A stretch of 64,000 nt of DNA from Styela clava (lineage: Eukaryota), in assembly GCF_964204865.1 (NCBI RefSeq), contig NC_135251.1, positions 22,010,001 through 22,074,000 on the forward strand, given 5' to 3'. Both the position numbers and the translations under genes were made by a program. The notes under the pieces are model-generated. The model was not told the origin of the DNA. It did no database searches and saw only the letters and a list, made by a program, of their open reading frames with translations. Below, piece after piece: positions 62,226 through 64,000 of this stretch. Within the stretch, counting starts at the first letter, position 1. The number at the start of each line of letters is the position of its first letter.

Positions 62226-62527
62226 CCTTTGAAAAATGGAATATACTCATTAATTGGAAAGTATATTGGCCTTTTGCGATATAGAAATGCCCAAATTTAT
62301 TTAAGATCTAATAAAACTGAAAACCAGATGATATACGAAAAAAAAAATCCAAAGTGCCCGAAATGGTGTCTGAAAAAGTGCCTGAATTCGCAAGTACCTG
62401 GTTTTAGGGAGACCAAATTTTTCATTCAGGCCACCTGTATACTGGTATCAGTGCGGTGCCAATACCATATAAAAATTAGCCGTTTATATATCAAAAACTT
62501 GTACTTACAAACTATTTTTTGTTTTTT

Positions 62528-63426
62528 ATGTGCTTCTTTGAATTGAAATCCTTCATTAAAGGGTGAGTACTTGCGAACTCAATTATTTCTGTGGGTATCT
62601 CTAGATTGGTAGTGTTCTTTCATCTCACACTAACAATTAATTGAATTAATCTCATTCTGTGACACCTTTATAGGATCAGGGAGGTTTCGAGCATGGCATG
62701 GTTTTCTAATTGCCTACTCGTTTGTGGGACGAATATAGTGTTGGTTTTGTAGATGTTATTTTGTTACATTATTGGAATTGGAGAACTGTGCCCTACTGTC
62801 CAATTTGGGTGCTCATTCAATTTATTTAGACAACCCAAGTCGAGTTTGTGAAAAATAGTTCAATATACCAACTAAGGTTTCATTCTTTTTTACCGACTTA
62901 ATGACTAAAGTCCCCACATTTCCAATTTCAATATACCGTTTTGTATGAACTATTTACAGTTACCAAAGACCCCGATTAATTGGTGCAGAAATATTTAAGT
63001 CTTAAATTAGATCAACTGAAGACCCCCCCCCCCCGGACCGGCCTGGGGAGGAGATTCTTCAGTTGGACTCACCTGGGGGAGGGGGGGGGATTCTTCAGTT
63101 GGTCCTAGTTGGGGTGAAGATTCTTGTTTCCCAATTGAAGAATATCCCCCTCCCCCAACCCACCTAAGCCGATAATACCAGTTGGTCCTTTATTTGACCC
63201 GAACTAATTGTTTGGTAGAGTTAGGATTGGATGGTCTTAGTTGGGGTAGAGATCCTACAGTTGGTCTAACATGGGGTGGAGTTTATTCAGTTAATCCCTT
63301 AAATTATTTTTGAAACATGTATTCAACTTTTATGAATAACTTTTAACTTACTTTCAGACTTGTTGCGTTGGCATTATGCGGTTCTGTGGCTCTCACATTT
63401 CTCATGCTGGGATGTACTCTATATAA
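62528..63426 (+). CDS. leptin receptor overlapping transcript-like / Vps55 family, first two coding exons (62528-62562, 63358-63426); continues beyond the window
   Basis: Phase-2 join gives MCFFELKSFIKGLVALALCGSVALTFLMLGCTLY, resembling LEPROT/LEPROTL1 (…IKALISLSFGGAIGLMFLMLGCAL). Donors GTGAGT and GTAAGT, acceptor TTTCAG. Confidence 0.7.
63010..63298. repeat. G-rich ~33-bp degenerate tandem repeat in the LEPROT-like intron
   Basis: Repeated GGGG-N-AGATTCTTCAGTTGGTC-type units, some inverted (CAACTGAAGA, CAATTGAAGAAT). Confidence 0.6.
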
Positions 63427-63629
63427 GTAAGTATGAGCAAATAAGAATGAGTAGAAAGATGTATTATGATTTGGTTTCTCTTGGGTGAAAAATTTGCTGA
63501 AAAATGAATGCAGATATGTGCATTGTTGTACTCACCTGACACAAGTGTGGTGTCTGGCGTGCTTTATCACTATGATATCGTGTCACAGTGATTTATCTGA
63601 CATCGATTTGAATGCTACTTGCTGCACAC

Positions 63630-63738
63630 TAAGTCCATGCATTTGAAACAAATAACTGGCTAACTAATCCCATACCCGACATGGACTGGTAACCGGACGA
63701 GAGGTCGTGATTCACTATATGAGTAAGCCCTTATTCGC
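63630..63738 (+). mobile_element. partial copy of the SINE body
   Basis: taagtccatgc...ctaatcccatacccgac.tgga.tggtaaccggacgagagg.cgtg matches 27333-27445. Confidence 0.8.
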
Positions 63739-64000
63739 AAACATAATGCGCTTCGAGAGTAAATAAGATTGAAACAAGATTTCAGGGGTTAATTGTAACA
63801 AGTCTTTATCATTTTTAGCTTTTAATTTCTGTCAGCGCAGAAAATTGTTTTGCTGTACAAGACTTTAATTAAATTGTATTTACATATATATATATAATAT
63901 GGGTTGTACTGATATATATATATTTTCTAATAACTGTCGTTGAACACTCGCTGGCTGAAATTGGTTGACAGAAAATCTACATGGTGGCCAAGTTTAACAA

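Noticed and set aside
1-64000. CRISPR arrays, rRNA or prokaryotic systems
   Set aside because: The sequence is eukaryotic with spliceosomal introns, and no regularly spaced repeat-spacer array or rRNA motifs were seen.

Overview
AT-rich eukaryotic (metazoan) genomic DNA. Short GT-AG introns, the gene content and many MITE/SINE families fit an invertebrate chordate, most plausibly an ascidian tunicate (inference). The left third (4.1-22.5 kb, - strand) is a ~28-exon WDR64-like gene. One of its introns holds a same-strand, intronless Mesp-like bHLH gene with a TATA box and paired T-box sites. From 28 to 55 kb is a compact housekeeping cluster: MPDU1, LIN52, DTD1, ACADS and CENPN on +, ANKRD13C, QNG1/C9orf64 and ATG4 on -. 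Six of these eight have intronless CDSs and several have a splice acceptor just before the ATG, suggesting SL-trans-spliced operons. The first exons of a LEPROT/Vps55 gene lie at the right end. Mobile DNA includes a decayed Penelope-like (RT + GIY-YIG) element with an inverted partial duplication, a 5'-truncated CR1/L2-type LINE with TSD, several hAT MITEs with 8-bp TSDs, a 3-kb long-TIR element, telomere-motif MITEs, DINE/HINE-like repeats and a tRNA-derived SINE. The top candidates for something undescribed are (1) a dispersed repeat family (3 copies) carrying a minimal hammerhead-ribozyme core, retrozyme/PLE-like; (2) the nested Mesp-like gene; (3) the intron-poor putative operons.
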